DNA of 24,000 nt from an uncultured Actinomycetota bacterium (GCA_963708935.1 CAVPUK010000005.1:685973-709972); one strand, 5' to 3'; positions 14,569-22,844 are shown, numbered from the stretch's first letter. Translations and numbers: made by a program. The notes: generated from the sequence alone by a model not told the origin.

Positions 14569-15596
14569 CCACCCTCGCATCCGTACCTGCCGCTGCTGTG
14601 CGGCCGGTGCCGTGGACCCGTCTGGTCTGGGTGGTGTGGCGGCGGTACCGCGCCACGCTGCTCGCCATCCTCGGCGTCCTCGCCGTGCTCGGCGTCGACC
14701 TGGTCCTCACCGGTCAGCGGACCCGGTCCGCATACGCCACGGCGGCCGCCTGCACGCCGCCCGGATCGGCGAGCTGCCGCTTCGAATGGCAGAACTTTCA
14801 AGACAGTTACGCCCAGATCGGGCTGGTCGGGGTGATCCTGGTGTTCCTGCCCGGGGTCGTCGGCGTGTTCGCCGGTGCCCCGGTACTGGCCCGCGAACTG
14901 GAGACCGGGACGTTTCGCTACACCTGGACCCAGGGAGTGGGCCGGATGCGCTGGGCCGTCGCCGTCCTCGTTCCCGGCGCCCTGGGCGTGGCCGTGATCG
15001 TCGGCGCCTTCGGTTTGCTGGTGAGCTGGCACAATCAACCGCTGATCGACAGCGGAATAGTGCAGCGGCTGCAGACCACCGTGTTCCCGGTCACCGGCAT
15101 CGCCGGCGCCGGATGGGCGCTGGCCGGTTTCTGCCTGGGCGTCCTGGCCGGCATGTTGTGCCGCCGGGTCCTACCCGCCCTGGTCACCGCATTCGGCGCC
15201 TGGTTCGGCCTGGCATATCTAGCCTCCCAGGTGCGTGCGCACTACCTCGCGGCCTTGACGACGACCAGCCTGAACCTGTCCCCGACTGACCTGCCGCTTG
15301 ACCAGTGGTGGACCAAAGGCGGCAACCGGATCAGTGACACCCAGATCAACTCGGTCCTGCACACCATCGGTGTGCAGATGGACGGTTCAGGAAATGTCTA
15401 CGCCGCAGCGCCCGGCGCAGGCGACAGCTTCGATCCCAACCAATACCTACTTGGACACGGCTACCAACCAGTCACCAGCTACCAACCCGACAGCCGCTTC
15501 TGGACCTTCCAATGGATCGAGTTCGGCTGCCTCACCGCCCTGACCCTGCTGGCCCTCGGCACGACGCTCTGGCTCCTGCGCCGCCGACCCGCCTGA
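14565..15596 (+). CDS. ABC-2-type transporter permease
   Basis: 343 aa. It has an N-terminal TM, an extracytoplasmic segment, then the ARELETGTFRYTWTQG motif typical of ABC-2 permeases partnered with YtrA-type operons. Several further TM helices follow and it ends in a TM segment (LTALTLLALGTTLWLL). Confidence 0.8.
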   Translation: MTTLASVPAAAVRPVPWTRLVWVVWRRYRATLLAILGVLAVLGVDLVLTGQRTRSAYATAAACTPPGSASCRFEWQNFQDSYAQIGLVGVILVFLPGVVGVFAGAPVLARELETGTFRYTWTQGVGRMRWAVAVLVPGALGVAVIVGAFGLLVSWHNQPLIDSGIVQRLQTTVFPVTGIAGAGWALAGFCLGVLAGMLCRRVLPALVTAFGAWFGLAYLASQVRAHYLAALTTTSLNLSPTDLPLDQWWTKGGNRISDTQINSVLHTIGVQMDGSGNVYAAAPGAGDSFDPNQYLLGHGYQPVTSYQPDSRFWTFQWIEFGCLTALTLLALGTTLWLLRRRPA

Positions 15597-15943
15597 ACGC
15601 CGAAAGGACAATGCTGACGCCGAGGCCCGCGCTACTCGGACCGACGCCGACGACCCGTCCTTCCCCCTTCGCCGCCTACTGCGACCGACCCCCAAAGGCA
15701 GGCTTTCAGCGTCGCGCCATGCTCATCGCCCGAACTCCGAATTCGACCTGGACAGCTCCGTCAGCGACGAACCCGGCAGCCCGGTAGAACGACTAGGCGC
15801 GTGGGTTCGGCTACCCACAATTGTGCGGGCCCGCCTGGTTCAACCACCAACTGCGAGGACTCCAAACCCGCGGTGCAAGGTACCTTGTCCCCTTCGTCAT
15901 TCGCCGCACGTTAACGCCGCTGTGCGTTGATGCTTGGCCCGAC

Positions 15944-16375
15944 TCAACCCGATGGAGGAACTGGGACCTCGATATCAGTAGTCACCCGCTGGCCGTTGAT
16001 CGTCCGGGCCTTCGGAGTCTCATGCCTTGACCGGGACGGCAAGGGAGACCACGCGTTTGATCCCTTAGCTGCTGAGCCAGCGACGGCCGCGTCGCGTAGA
16101 GAAGTCCGATCCTCCTGCCGGGCAAGGGCATTCCCGCACTCGACCCGTCGGACACCTCTCACCGCAGCGCCTCCGGGCTTATCGCCCGCGGCCTGCCTCA
16201 CCCGTTCCCGCACCGCGACTTGCTTGTTGTCCAAACCCGCCGCACAGCCCAGCACAATCCGCGACCGCAACGGCAACGCCGTCGTCACCCGCCACGACCA
16301 CGACATCAGTTGTGCCCGTCCATCTTCCGTCAGAGCCAGCTCGAGCTTGGGTCGACCGGCACGCGCCATACCCAT
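15944..16375 (-). mobile_element. IS630-family transposase N-terminal (HTH) fragment, degraded
   Basis: The 143-aa ORF begins MGMARAGRPKLELALTEDGRAQLMSW..R.TTALPLRSRIVLGCAAGLDNKQVAVRERV. This is the characteristic N-terminal HTH region of IS630-family transposases. After about 60 aa the sequence loses family resemblance, which I attribute to frame changes. No DDE catalytic domain follows. The 3' limit is uncertain. Confidence 0.6.
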
Positions 16376-16461
16376 GCCGACTACTTATATGTCGTATTCT
16401 GGCAGGACACCAATAACGCGCTGCCACGATCCGACTCGTCGGCACGATCCTGGCCGACATG

Positions 16462-16833
16462 CTACTCAAATCCACGACTGTTGCGGGCCTGGTTAACCAA
16501 CGCAATGGTCGCTCCCGGATCCTCGACTTCGATTACAAGTTGCGAATAGTGTTCGTTTCGCAGTGTCACCAGCACTGTCTGCTTGGGATCATGTACAACC
16601 CAGAAAGTCCATTTGCCCCGACGCCGGTAAGAACCTACCGTGAACGCTCCGGGAAAGCTGTTTGCCAGCCAGGGGAAACCGGGCATTAGCGGCCTGCCCA
16701 TTTGGGCGCCCGCGCCTACAGCGACGACGTGTTCGAGGGGAAGTGTGACCGTAGACTTGTTAAGGGCATAGAAACGATCACGCCCGGTGACTTCTACGAC
16801 GAGGTCGTCGCCGGCCACAGAAATGGTAGCCAT
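16462..16833 (-). CDS. Hypothetical protein, bacterial PH-domain-like
   Basis: The likely start is ATG 16833 (MATISVAGDDLVVEVTGRDRFYALNKSTVTLPLEHVVAV...FTVGSYRRRGKWTFWVVHDPKQTVLVTLRNEHYSQLVIEVEDPGATIALVNQA), inside the longer track ORF 16462..16956. The beta-rich pattern resembles small actinobacterial PH-like proteins. The assignment is from memory only. Confidence 0.5.
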   Translation of the reverse strand: MATISVAGDDLVVEVTGRDRFYALNKSTVTLPLEHVVAVGAGAQMGRPLMPGFPWLANSFPGAFTVGSYRRRGKWTFWVVHDPKQTVLVTLRNEHYSQLVIEVEDPGATIALVNQARNSRGFE

Positions 16834-16840
16834 GGGCCGA

Positions 16841-17660
16841 TCATACGGTTCGTGTGGGCTCCCTGACCCACCGCCCTGACCGCAGCGGCGAGCAACGGCA
16901 GCGTGAATTCCCCATTTGGCAGCGACGTGACGAGGTCGGAGGCGGGCCCGGCGCACTCGACATCCACCCCGCGGCCAGATGGCTGCAGTTGTTTTCCGGA
17001 ACCGGGACGAACGGACCGACGAGCAACCCGGGGGTGCCAGTAGCGCAGGCGATCTCGACGGTTGCTGTGCTAGGCGCGTAATACAGGAAACACCGGGCGG
17101 TCCGAGGCAATGGCCTTCAGATCATCGAAGAACTGAATCGCGCCTGTCCGTGATGTCCACGCTCAGGTGACACCCCTGATCTGGGGGGCCGGCGGGTCGA
17201 CCGGATGGTTGTCGTGCACCAGATTCTGGTACCACTGGTTGGTCTCCGCACCGAGAACCGTAGAACGGGTCGAAACCCCGGCCCAGCGGCCAGTCTCGTC
17301 GGATCGACGCGTGGTTCATCCCGTCCTCGGCGGTCAGGTGCCACTTGCCGACCGCTGCGGTGCTGAACCCACGCTCCACGAGCATCTCGGACAGGGTCGC
17401 CCAGAGTGGGAAGATGTGACCATTCCCGTTCGGGAACCGGCAGGCGCCTCGGTGATGCAACGGGACCGTGCAGGGTTGTTCGCAGCCCCAGTAGGGCCGC
17501 CGGAAAGCGCCCGTGGGCCGTGGATTCTCGACCCCATAGTGGCAGCCGGCGTTCAGTTCCCGGGCTCAACGGACGTCCTCGACAAACCCGTGGGCTTCAA
17601 GACAACCATCACACAGGGGCGAGGTTGAGTTGACCGGCTGCGCTGAGTCCGGCCCGATGA
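16841..17660 (-). pseudogene. Arylsulfatase (type I sulfatase) pseudogene: multiple frameshifts, an in-frame stop, C-terminal half missing
   Basis: Sulfatase-family segments lie in different minus frames:
- ..LCDGCLEAHGFVEDVR*ARELNAG.. (~17560-17630)
- ..ITEAPAG / FPNGNGHIFPLWATLSEMLVERGFSTAAVGKWHLTAEDG...WPLGRGFDPFYG (ORF 17122..17460)
- ETNQWYQNLVHDNHPVDPPAP (my translation, ~17200-17260)
- GCHLSVDITDR
- FLYYAPSTA (ORF 16841..17110)

Only about 0.8 kb is present, whereas a full-length sulfatase gene needs roughly twice that. No intact C-x-P-x-R active-site motif is evident. Confidence 0.65.
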
Positions 17661-17668
17661 GCAGGTGA

Positions 17669-17986
17669 TCAATGGGGTCGATGGTCGTCAAGTCCGGCGA
17701 GCAGGTCGCGCAGGTTTGCGGTGTAGATGTCCAGTTCGGTGCGTCCGCGCCGGGTCAGAGTCACCCTGGTGAGGGAGGAGGCGCCGTTGCCGGTCCTTTG
17801 CGTCTGGAGGTAGCCGGCGTCCTCGAGCTTGCGAAGGTGGGTGATGAGGTTTCCCGCAGTGAGGTCCAGCATGTCTTGCAGCCGGGTGAAGGTCGGGGTG
17901 TCACCGTCGCCCAGCGCGGCCAGCGTGACCAGGATGCGCAGTCGCGATGGCACATGGATCAGGGGGTCCAAGGCGTCCGCGGTCAT
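17669..17986 (-). CDS. Winged-helix transcriptional regulator (ArsR/MarR-like small wHTH)
   Basis: The likely start is ATG 17986 (MTADALDPLIHVPSRLRILVTLAALGDGDTPTFTRLQDMLDLTAGNLITHLRKLEDAGYLQTQRTGNGASSLTRVTLTRRGRTELDIYTANLRDLL), inside track ORF 17669..18175. The H.P.RL.I...L and GNL..HL.KLE.AGY motifs are typical of this widespread actinobacterial wHTH family. Confidence 0.8.
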   Translation of the reverse strand: MTADALDPLIHVPSRLRILVTLAALGDGDTPTFTRLQDMLDLTAGNLITHLRKLEDAGYLQTQRTGNGASSLTRVTLTRRGRTELDIYTANLRDLLAGLDDHRPH

Positions 17987-18111
17987 GACCCGACTGCGGG
18001 TCTGCGCAGCCAGGCCGTGAGGACCGCGGCGTACACCAGGAGCGCGATGGCACAGCCGAGGCCGGTCAGACGGAGGTTTTGTGCCGCCCTCCGAGTTGGA
18101 AGAAATCCCAT
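17983..18111 (-). CDS. Hypothetical 42-aa single-TM peptide, translationally coupled to the wHTH regulator
   Basis: Below the ORF-track size cutoff. My translation is MGFLPTRRAAQNLRLTGLGCAIALLVYAAVLTAWLRRPAVGS. It has a basic N-terminus, one TM helix and a basic C-terminus. Its stop TGA (17985..17983) overlaps the regulator ATG (17986..17984). Confidence 0.4.
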   Translation of the reverse strand: MGFLPTRRAAQNLRLTGLGCAIALLVYAAVLTAWLRRPAVGS

Positions 18112-18444
18112 GCTGAATGGTGCCAATTTCTTGGAAGACAGGCCGGGTGATGGCTCTCACTAGAAGCTTGAGCATGCCAGCGAGGATCGACCCTGAGCTC
18201 CGTGCTCGTAGGTATCAGCGGTGTCGGAGTTCGGTCCTATACGCAGCACCTCGGTGGTGGCGGTGCGAACCGGCGGCCTGCGGTCGACCGGTCCGCCATC
18301 ATCGGAAGCTGAGATGCCCCAAGGGCCGATGGTCGGTACTCGGTGGTCATCAGGATGCATCGCGCCGGGTTGTGGGCCGATCCATCCGTTCGTATTCCGG
18401 CCGGATCACGATGACCGGTCCCATGACGAATGCGGGAGGTCAGA

Positions 18445-19464
18445 ATGTCCCTTACCGGTTACGGGGTACTCGTCGGGCGCGCGGTGGCCGGAAAGGCTGA
18501 ACCCGGTTCCCAGTCACCGCACTACCAGGTGCTGGTGCATGCGGCCGGCACCGACTATCGGATCGCGGTGAACGTGATGTCCGCGCAGAGCCCTCCGGAC
18601 CTGTTGTACATCGCCGATGAGACGTTCAACCATCCCATCGTCACCACGCTGGCCGACCTGGTGGAGGACTTCCACCCGATCCCGAGCCGACCCGGCACCG
18701 ACGCACTGGACTACATCCGCGGAAACCTGTTCGACCACACCACCATGCGGACGCTACCGGGAAACAGCCCAGGACCCGACAACGACCTGTCCGACCGGCT
18801 GGAGCATTTCGTTTCGCGGGCGATCGGTGACCCAGACGCCCGGCTCTACGCCTTCGGACAACGGTGGGGTCCCGAGGACGACACCCCGGACAAGATCTTC
18901 GGATTCGCCCCGGGAAACGGAGTCCACGACATCCACATGAACCAGGGCAACGGCGGCCGGTTCGCCAGCGACGACGGCGTCTGGCAGGACGGCGGCCTGC
19001 TGTTCCACTTCCCCACCGAGAACCAATGGGTGGCGATCTTCCTCGCGTTCCAGTCCCAGGCGTGGCACACCGATGACACCACCGGCCACCCGGTGGGCGG
19101 CGAACCGGGTCCGACCCCGCAGCCCCCGGACAACGGCACCGACCACCACGTCCGGATCGTCGGCGCCCTGGTGAACCCGATCGGACCTGCCCCGGAAGCC
19201 GAATCGGTGACCCTGCTCAATGCCACCCCTGACGACGTCGACCTGACCGGGTGGGCCCTCCTCGACCGGATAAAGGAACGAATGACGCTGACCGGCCCCA
19301 TTCTGAAGGCCGGCGACGCCATCCGGATCCCGATCGAAGCGCCGGTCCAGCTGGGCAATCAAGGCGGCCTCATCACCGTGCTGGACGACACAGGACTCAA
19401 GGTCGACGGCGTCGCCTACACCGAAGACCAAACCAGAAATGAAGGATGGACCCTCACCTTCTGA
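18445..19464 (+). CDS. DUF2278 (YukJ-like) domain protein fused to a C-terminal lamin-tail domain (LTD)
   Basis: Track ORF 18430..19464. The preferred start is ATG 18445 (MSLTGYGVL...), which has RBS GGGAGG (18433-18438). The N-terminal ~230 aa carry YukJ/DUF2278 hallmarks: PHYQV.V....DYRIAVNV.S, LLY, ALDYIRGNL, YAFGQRWGPE, DKIFGF.PGNGVHDIHMNQGN, DDGVWQDGGLLFHF, QWVAIFLAFQSQAWHTDD. After a Pro-rich linker, ~100 aa look like an LTD: HVRIVGALVNPIGPAPEAESVTLLNATPDDVDLTGWALLD....L.G.ILKAGDAIRI......LGNQGGLITVLDDTGLKVDGVAY. No signal peptide is present. Confidence 0.75.
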   Translation: MSLTGYGVLVGRAVAGKAEPGSQSPHYQVLVHAAGTDYRIAVNVMSAQSPPDLLYIADETFNHPIVTTLADLVEDFHPIPSRPGTDALDYIRGNLFDHTTMRTLPGNSPGPDNDLSDRLEHFVSRAIGDPDARLYAFGQRWGPEDDTPDKIFGFAPGNGVHDIHMNQGNGGRFASDDGVWQDGGLLFHFPTENQWVAIFLAFQSQAWHTDDTTGHPVGGEPGPTPQPPDNGTDHHVRIVGALVNPIGPAPEAESVTLLNATPDDVDLTGWALLDRIKERMTLTGPILKAGDAIRIPIEAPVQLGNQGGLITVLDDTGLKVDGVAYTEDQTRNEGWTLTF

Positions 19465-19792
19465 CCTTCCCATAGCCTCGGCCAGAATCCCGGACCAGTA
19501 TCCATGAAACCCACAGGTGCACGGAATGCGTCTGCGACGGTACGGCCACTAAGAACCTCGACGACGATACTGTCCAGAATCCGATCACCGACTGATTGAG
19601 GCCTGGTACACCGGCACCGCTCGATCCATCCCAGTGTGTTCCACGTCAGCGCCTATGAATAGCCAAGTCAATGTGAAGAATAGACACCGCTCGAAGGTCA
19701 GCCACGCTTGCGCGTTTCGTCACTGTAACCGGAACGGTGTTTGTGGCCCCGACACGCTGAGCCTGCGGGCTTGGCGGGGAAGGTGCCGTTCG

Positions 19793-20863
19793 ATGACGAC
19801 ACTGCTGGACATGACGAAGAAGAAGCCACCGGCTGCGGTGCTCGGCGGAGCAGCAGGCGGCGGTGGAGATGGTGCGCCGGGCCCGGGAGCAGGGGCTGTC
19901 CCTGACCGGGCCCGGACGGGCTGCTCAAGCAGCTGACCAAGACGGTCCTGGAGACCGCGCTGAACGAGGAGATGACCGAGCATCTCGGTCATGCCAAGCA
20001 TGGCGACCCGGTCGGCGACAACGTCCGTAACGGCACCCGCGGCAAGACGGTGCTGACCGAGGCCACCGGGCACGTTCAGATCGACGTGCCCCGGGACCGG
20101 GCCGGCACGTTCGAACCGCAGATCGTGCACAAGCGGCAACGCCGGCTCACCGGCGTCGATGAGATCGTGCTGTCGCTGTATGCGAAAGGCTTGACCACCG
20201 GGGAGATCTCGGCGCACTTCGAAGAGATCTACGGCGCCTCGGTGTCCAAGGAAACGGTCTCGCGGATCACCGACAAGGTCATCGAGGAGATGCAGTCGTG
20301 GCAGTCCCGGCCGTTGGACGGCGTGTACGCGGCGGTGTTCATCGACGCGCTGGTGGTGAAGATCAGGGACGGGCAGGTCGCCAACCGGCCGATCTACGCC
20401 GCGATCGGGGTCACGCTGGATGGGAGCAAGGACATCCTGGGGTTGTGGGCCGGCACCGGCGGTGAGGGCGCCAAGTTTTGGATGAGCGTGCTGACCGATC
20501 TCGCGGAACCGCGGCGTCAAGGACGTGTTCTTCCTGGTCTGCGACGGGCTGAAAGGCTTGCCGGAGGTGGTCGGCAACGTGTGGCCGCGAGACAACGGTG
20601 CAGACGTGTCTGATCCATCTGATCCGCAACACATTCCGGTTGACCTCGAAGAAGGACTGGGACGCGGTACGGCGGGACGTGAAACCGATCTACAGCGCCG
20701 TGAACCCCGCGGCGGCCCGGTCGGCGTTCGAGGACTTCGCCGACGGTGGGGCGCCACATACCCGGCCACTGTTCGGCTCTGGGACAACGCCTGGGAGGAG
20801 TTCATCCCGTTCCTGGACTACGACGTGGAGATTCGGCGGGTGTTGTGCAGCACCAACGCGATC
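19793..20863 (+). pseudogene. IS256-family (Mutator-like) transposase pseudogene, 5' portion: at least 5 single-nt indels, then interrupted by an IS110 insertion
   Basis: The family sequence is readable only by frame-hopping, in this order:
- MTTLLDMTKKKPPAA (ATG 19793)
- AEQQAAVEMVRRAREQGLSLTGP
- LLKQLTKTVLETALNEEMTEHLGHAKHGDPVG...IYAAIGVTLDGSKDILGLWAGTGGEGAKFWMSVLTDL (ORF 19972)
- RNRGVKDVFFLVCDGLKGLPEVVGNVWP (ORF 20525)
- TVQTCLIHLIRNTFRLTSKKDWDAVRRDVKPIYSAVNPAAARSAFEDFAD (ORF 20598)
- RWGATYPATVRLWDNAWEEFIPFLDYDVEIRRVLCSTNAI (ORF 20525 frame)

Family resemblance ends abruptly after ..STNAI at 20863. Confidence 0.85.
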
Positions 20864-21098
20864 TGGGTGTTTGACTCGTTGTGTCGGCTCGGCTTCGCGG
20901 GCAGGGTCGACCGGCGGACCATGACTCTGAACGCAATTGACGATCTTGTCCTTGATTCGAACTGTCGGGTCCGCCGCCCCGAGGGCCGGGCCCGGGTGCC
21001 TGGCTTGAAGAGAGCCTGCACAACTCAACCCAGATCTGCCGGCGACCCAGGCCCGAGCCCTCACCGTAGTCGAGCCGCGTCGCAGAACTGGAGCTTTC
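20864..21098 (+). ncRNA. Candidate bridge-RNA-encoding left non-coding end of the IS110 element
   Basis: This is inferred from the family mechanism, in which IS110-subgroup elements encode a guide ncRNA in the long non-coding end upstream of the recombinase gene. Short matches seen by eye:
- AAGAGAGC (21008-21015) is identical to the IS right terminus (22231-22238).
- ACCCA (21028-21032) is the reverse complement of the IS left terminus TGGGT (20864-20868).
- AACGC (20930-20934) and CGATC (20941-20945) are identical to parts of the left target flank AACGCGATC (20855-20863).
- GACTC (20923-20927) and GACTCG (20873-20878) are the reverse complement of the right junction CGAGTC (22241-22246).

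No RNA structure was computed. Confidence 0.3.
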
Positions 21099-22229
21099 AT
21101 GGCCACTGTTATCGACAACGCGGTGCACGCAGTCGCCGGCATTGACCCCCACAAACGGTCCGGCACGGTCGCCGTAGTGGCATCGACCGGCGGCTTGTTG
21201 GCCTGTGAGTCGTTCGACATCAGCGTCAGCGGCCTGACCACACTGATCACTGTGCTCGCTGATGCCGGCGTGGTCATCGACCGGATCGGAGTGGAAGGCT
21301 CGTCCGGTCTAGGGCGCCCCGTCGCCCGCGCACTCACGGCCGCCGGATACGACGTCCGCGAGGTGCAAGCCAGCCGCACCAACGACCGGCGTCGTCGACG
21401 GCACCGCGCCAAAACCGACATCACCGACGCCCAAGCCATCGCCGCGGAGACCCTCGCCGATCCCGGACTTCCACCGGCAGCCAAGCACGCCACCGATCCA
21501 CCCGCCGCTTGGGAAGCGCTGCACACGATCCGCACCTGGCGGGAATCGGTTGTACTACAACGGGTCCGGCACCTCACCGAGGCTGAGCCGGTGCTCACTT
21601 CATTACCGTTGGCGATCCGCGATCAACTCCCGAACACCAGCAGGGTAATGGCCGCACTGACAGCACTGCCCAACGTCAAGATCGATCGCGCTGCGCTCAG
21701 GCCGGCCGATCAACTGAAACTCCGCCGCCTTGACGCCACGCGCGATGCCGTCGCTGCGATCAACGTCCAACTCAAAGAAATCGACCACCAGATCCCGAAC
21801 CTGCTCACCGAGCTGGGATGCACACTCACCGAGCTGGTCGGCATCGGAGTCGTCACCGCGATGACATTGCTCGCCGAGGTGGGTGACCCGGCACGGTTTC
21901 ACACCGAAGCCCAATTCGCGCGCTGGTGCGGAGCAGCCCCAGTCGCGGCGTCATCAGGTGAAGGCCACGGCACGCCGAACCGGCATCGCCTTGATATGGC
22001 AGGCAACCGTCAGGTCAACAGCGCGCTGCACATCATCCACGTCACCCAGGCCCGCATGCACGACCCCGCGAAGACCTACCTGGCACGTCGCAAGAACGAG
22101 GGCAAAACACCGCGAGAGGCACGGCGCAGCCATAAAAGGCAACTCGCAAACGTCCTCATCCGACACATGTGGAAAGACGCTAAACGGCTCAAACAGGTAC
22201 CGAACGCCGAAACCAACGCTGCCGCTTGA
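21099..22229 (+). CDS. IS110-family transposase (DEDD recombinase)
   Basis: 376-aa intact ORF with GGAG 6 nt upstream. The N-terminal DEDD/RuvC-like region has AGIDPHK, IGVEGSSGLGRPVA and KTDITDA. The C-terminal transposase-20-type region has LVGIGVVTAMTLLAEVGDPARFHTEAQFARWCGAAPVAASSGEG...RHRLDMAGNRQVNSALH. Confidence 0.9.
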   Translation: MATVIDNAVHAVAGIDPHKRSGTVAVVASTGGLLACESFDISVSGLTTLITVLADAGVVIDRIGVEGSSGLGRPVARALTAAGYDVREVQASRTNDRRRRRHRAKTDITDAQAIAAETLADPGLPPAAKHATDPPAAWEALHTIRTWRESVVLQRVRHLTEAEPVLTSLPLAIRDQLPNTSRVMAALTALPNVKIDRAALRPADQLKLRRLDATRDAVAAINVQLKEIDHQIPNLLTELGCTLTELVGIGVVTAMTLLAEVGDPARFHTEAQFARWCGAAPVAASSGEGHGTPNRHRLDMAGNRQVNSALHIIHVTQARMHDPAKTYLARRKNEGKTPREARRSHKRQLANVLIRHMWKDAKRLKQVPNAETNAAA

Positions 22230-22241
22230 CAAGAGAGCTTC

Positions 22242-22262
22242 GAGTCGCTCAACACTGGTCTG
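22242..22262 (+). pseudogene. IS256-family transposase gene resuming after the IS110 insertion (ESLN...), then unrecognisable
   Basis: gag tcg ctc aac (22242-22253) encodes ESLN. This completes the conserved IS256-family motif TNAIESLN begun at 20852-20863. The frame hits a stop within 8 codons, and I could not follow the remaining ~70 expected residues in any frame. Confidence 0.55.
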
Positions 22263-22844
22263 GCCCAGTTGTTGTGAAAGCTGAAGTGATCAGCTGGGGC
22301 CGCTACTCCAACTGACCAACACCAAGAGCGGATCTCGTGCCTTCCGTGGAGAACCATGAAAGTCCTCAGGTGGACGGTGAGCCGAGAGCGGTGTCCTTGG
22401 CACTGTCGTAGCTGATTGTCGTGTGCACCTCTGACCTGCTGCTGTCTTAGGCTAGCCACGACGCTTGCTGTTGTTAGCTTAGGCAGTATTCGTTGGACGG
22501 TGAATGCGGACCCAGTCGCATATGGCAGTGACTTGGGCCCCAGCGCACAGGAGCTTGCGGTAGTGCGTCTAGCGTTCCTTGGGCTTGTGAAACGCCAATG
22601 TTGATCTTGAGTTTTAGGCGGCGTTTTCGGGCGCACGTCGTCGATGTAGCTGCGGACCTGCAGGCCGATGGTGCTCAGTACGATGCCTGCTGGGCATTGC
22701 TGCCGCAAGCAACTAGGCGCCTGACGGCCCTGAAACATACAGAAGTGTCCGATGCGCCGCAGCGCGACGCCCCCCGATTTCCGGGCTTAGAACCACCAAC
22801 AGCACTCCCGGCGAGCAGCGCTTGCCCGACACGGCAGCGGCCTT

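Larger units (their letters stand above)
20864..22241 (+). mobile_element. IS110-family insertion sequence (about 1.38 kb), apparently intact, nested inside the IS256 transposase gene
   Basis: The left boundary is inferred from the loss of the IS256 reading frame after STNAI (20863). The right boundary is inferred from the IS256 motif resuming as ESLN at 22242-22253. The architecture is a 235-bp non-coding left end, a 1131-bp transposase gene and a 12-bp right end, as expected for the IS110 subgroup. Both junctions are preceded by TC (20862-63 and 22240-41), so the boundaries are ambiguous by 2 nt. Confidence 0.75.

Noticed and set aside
19840-20750. Programmed ribosomal frameshifting to explain the split IS256 and IS110-remnant reading frames.
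   Set aside because: IS256 and IS110 families encode single-ORF transposases. There are too many shift sites (at least 5 each), they go in both directions, and I could see no slippery heptamers or downstream structures at the junctions.
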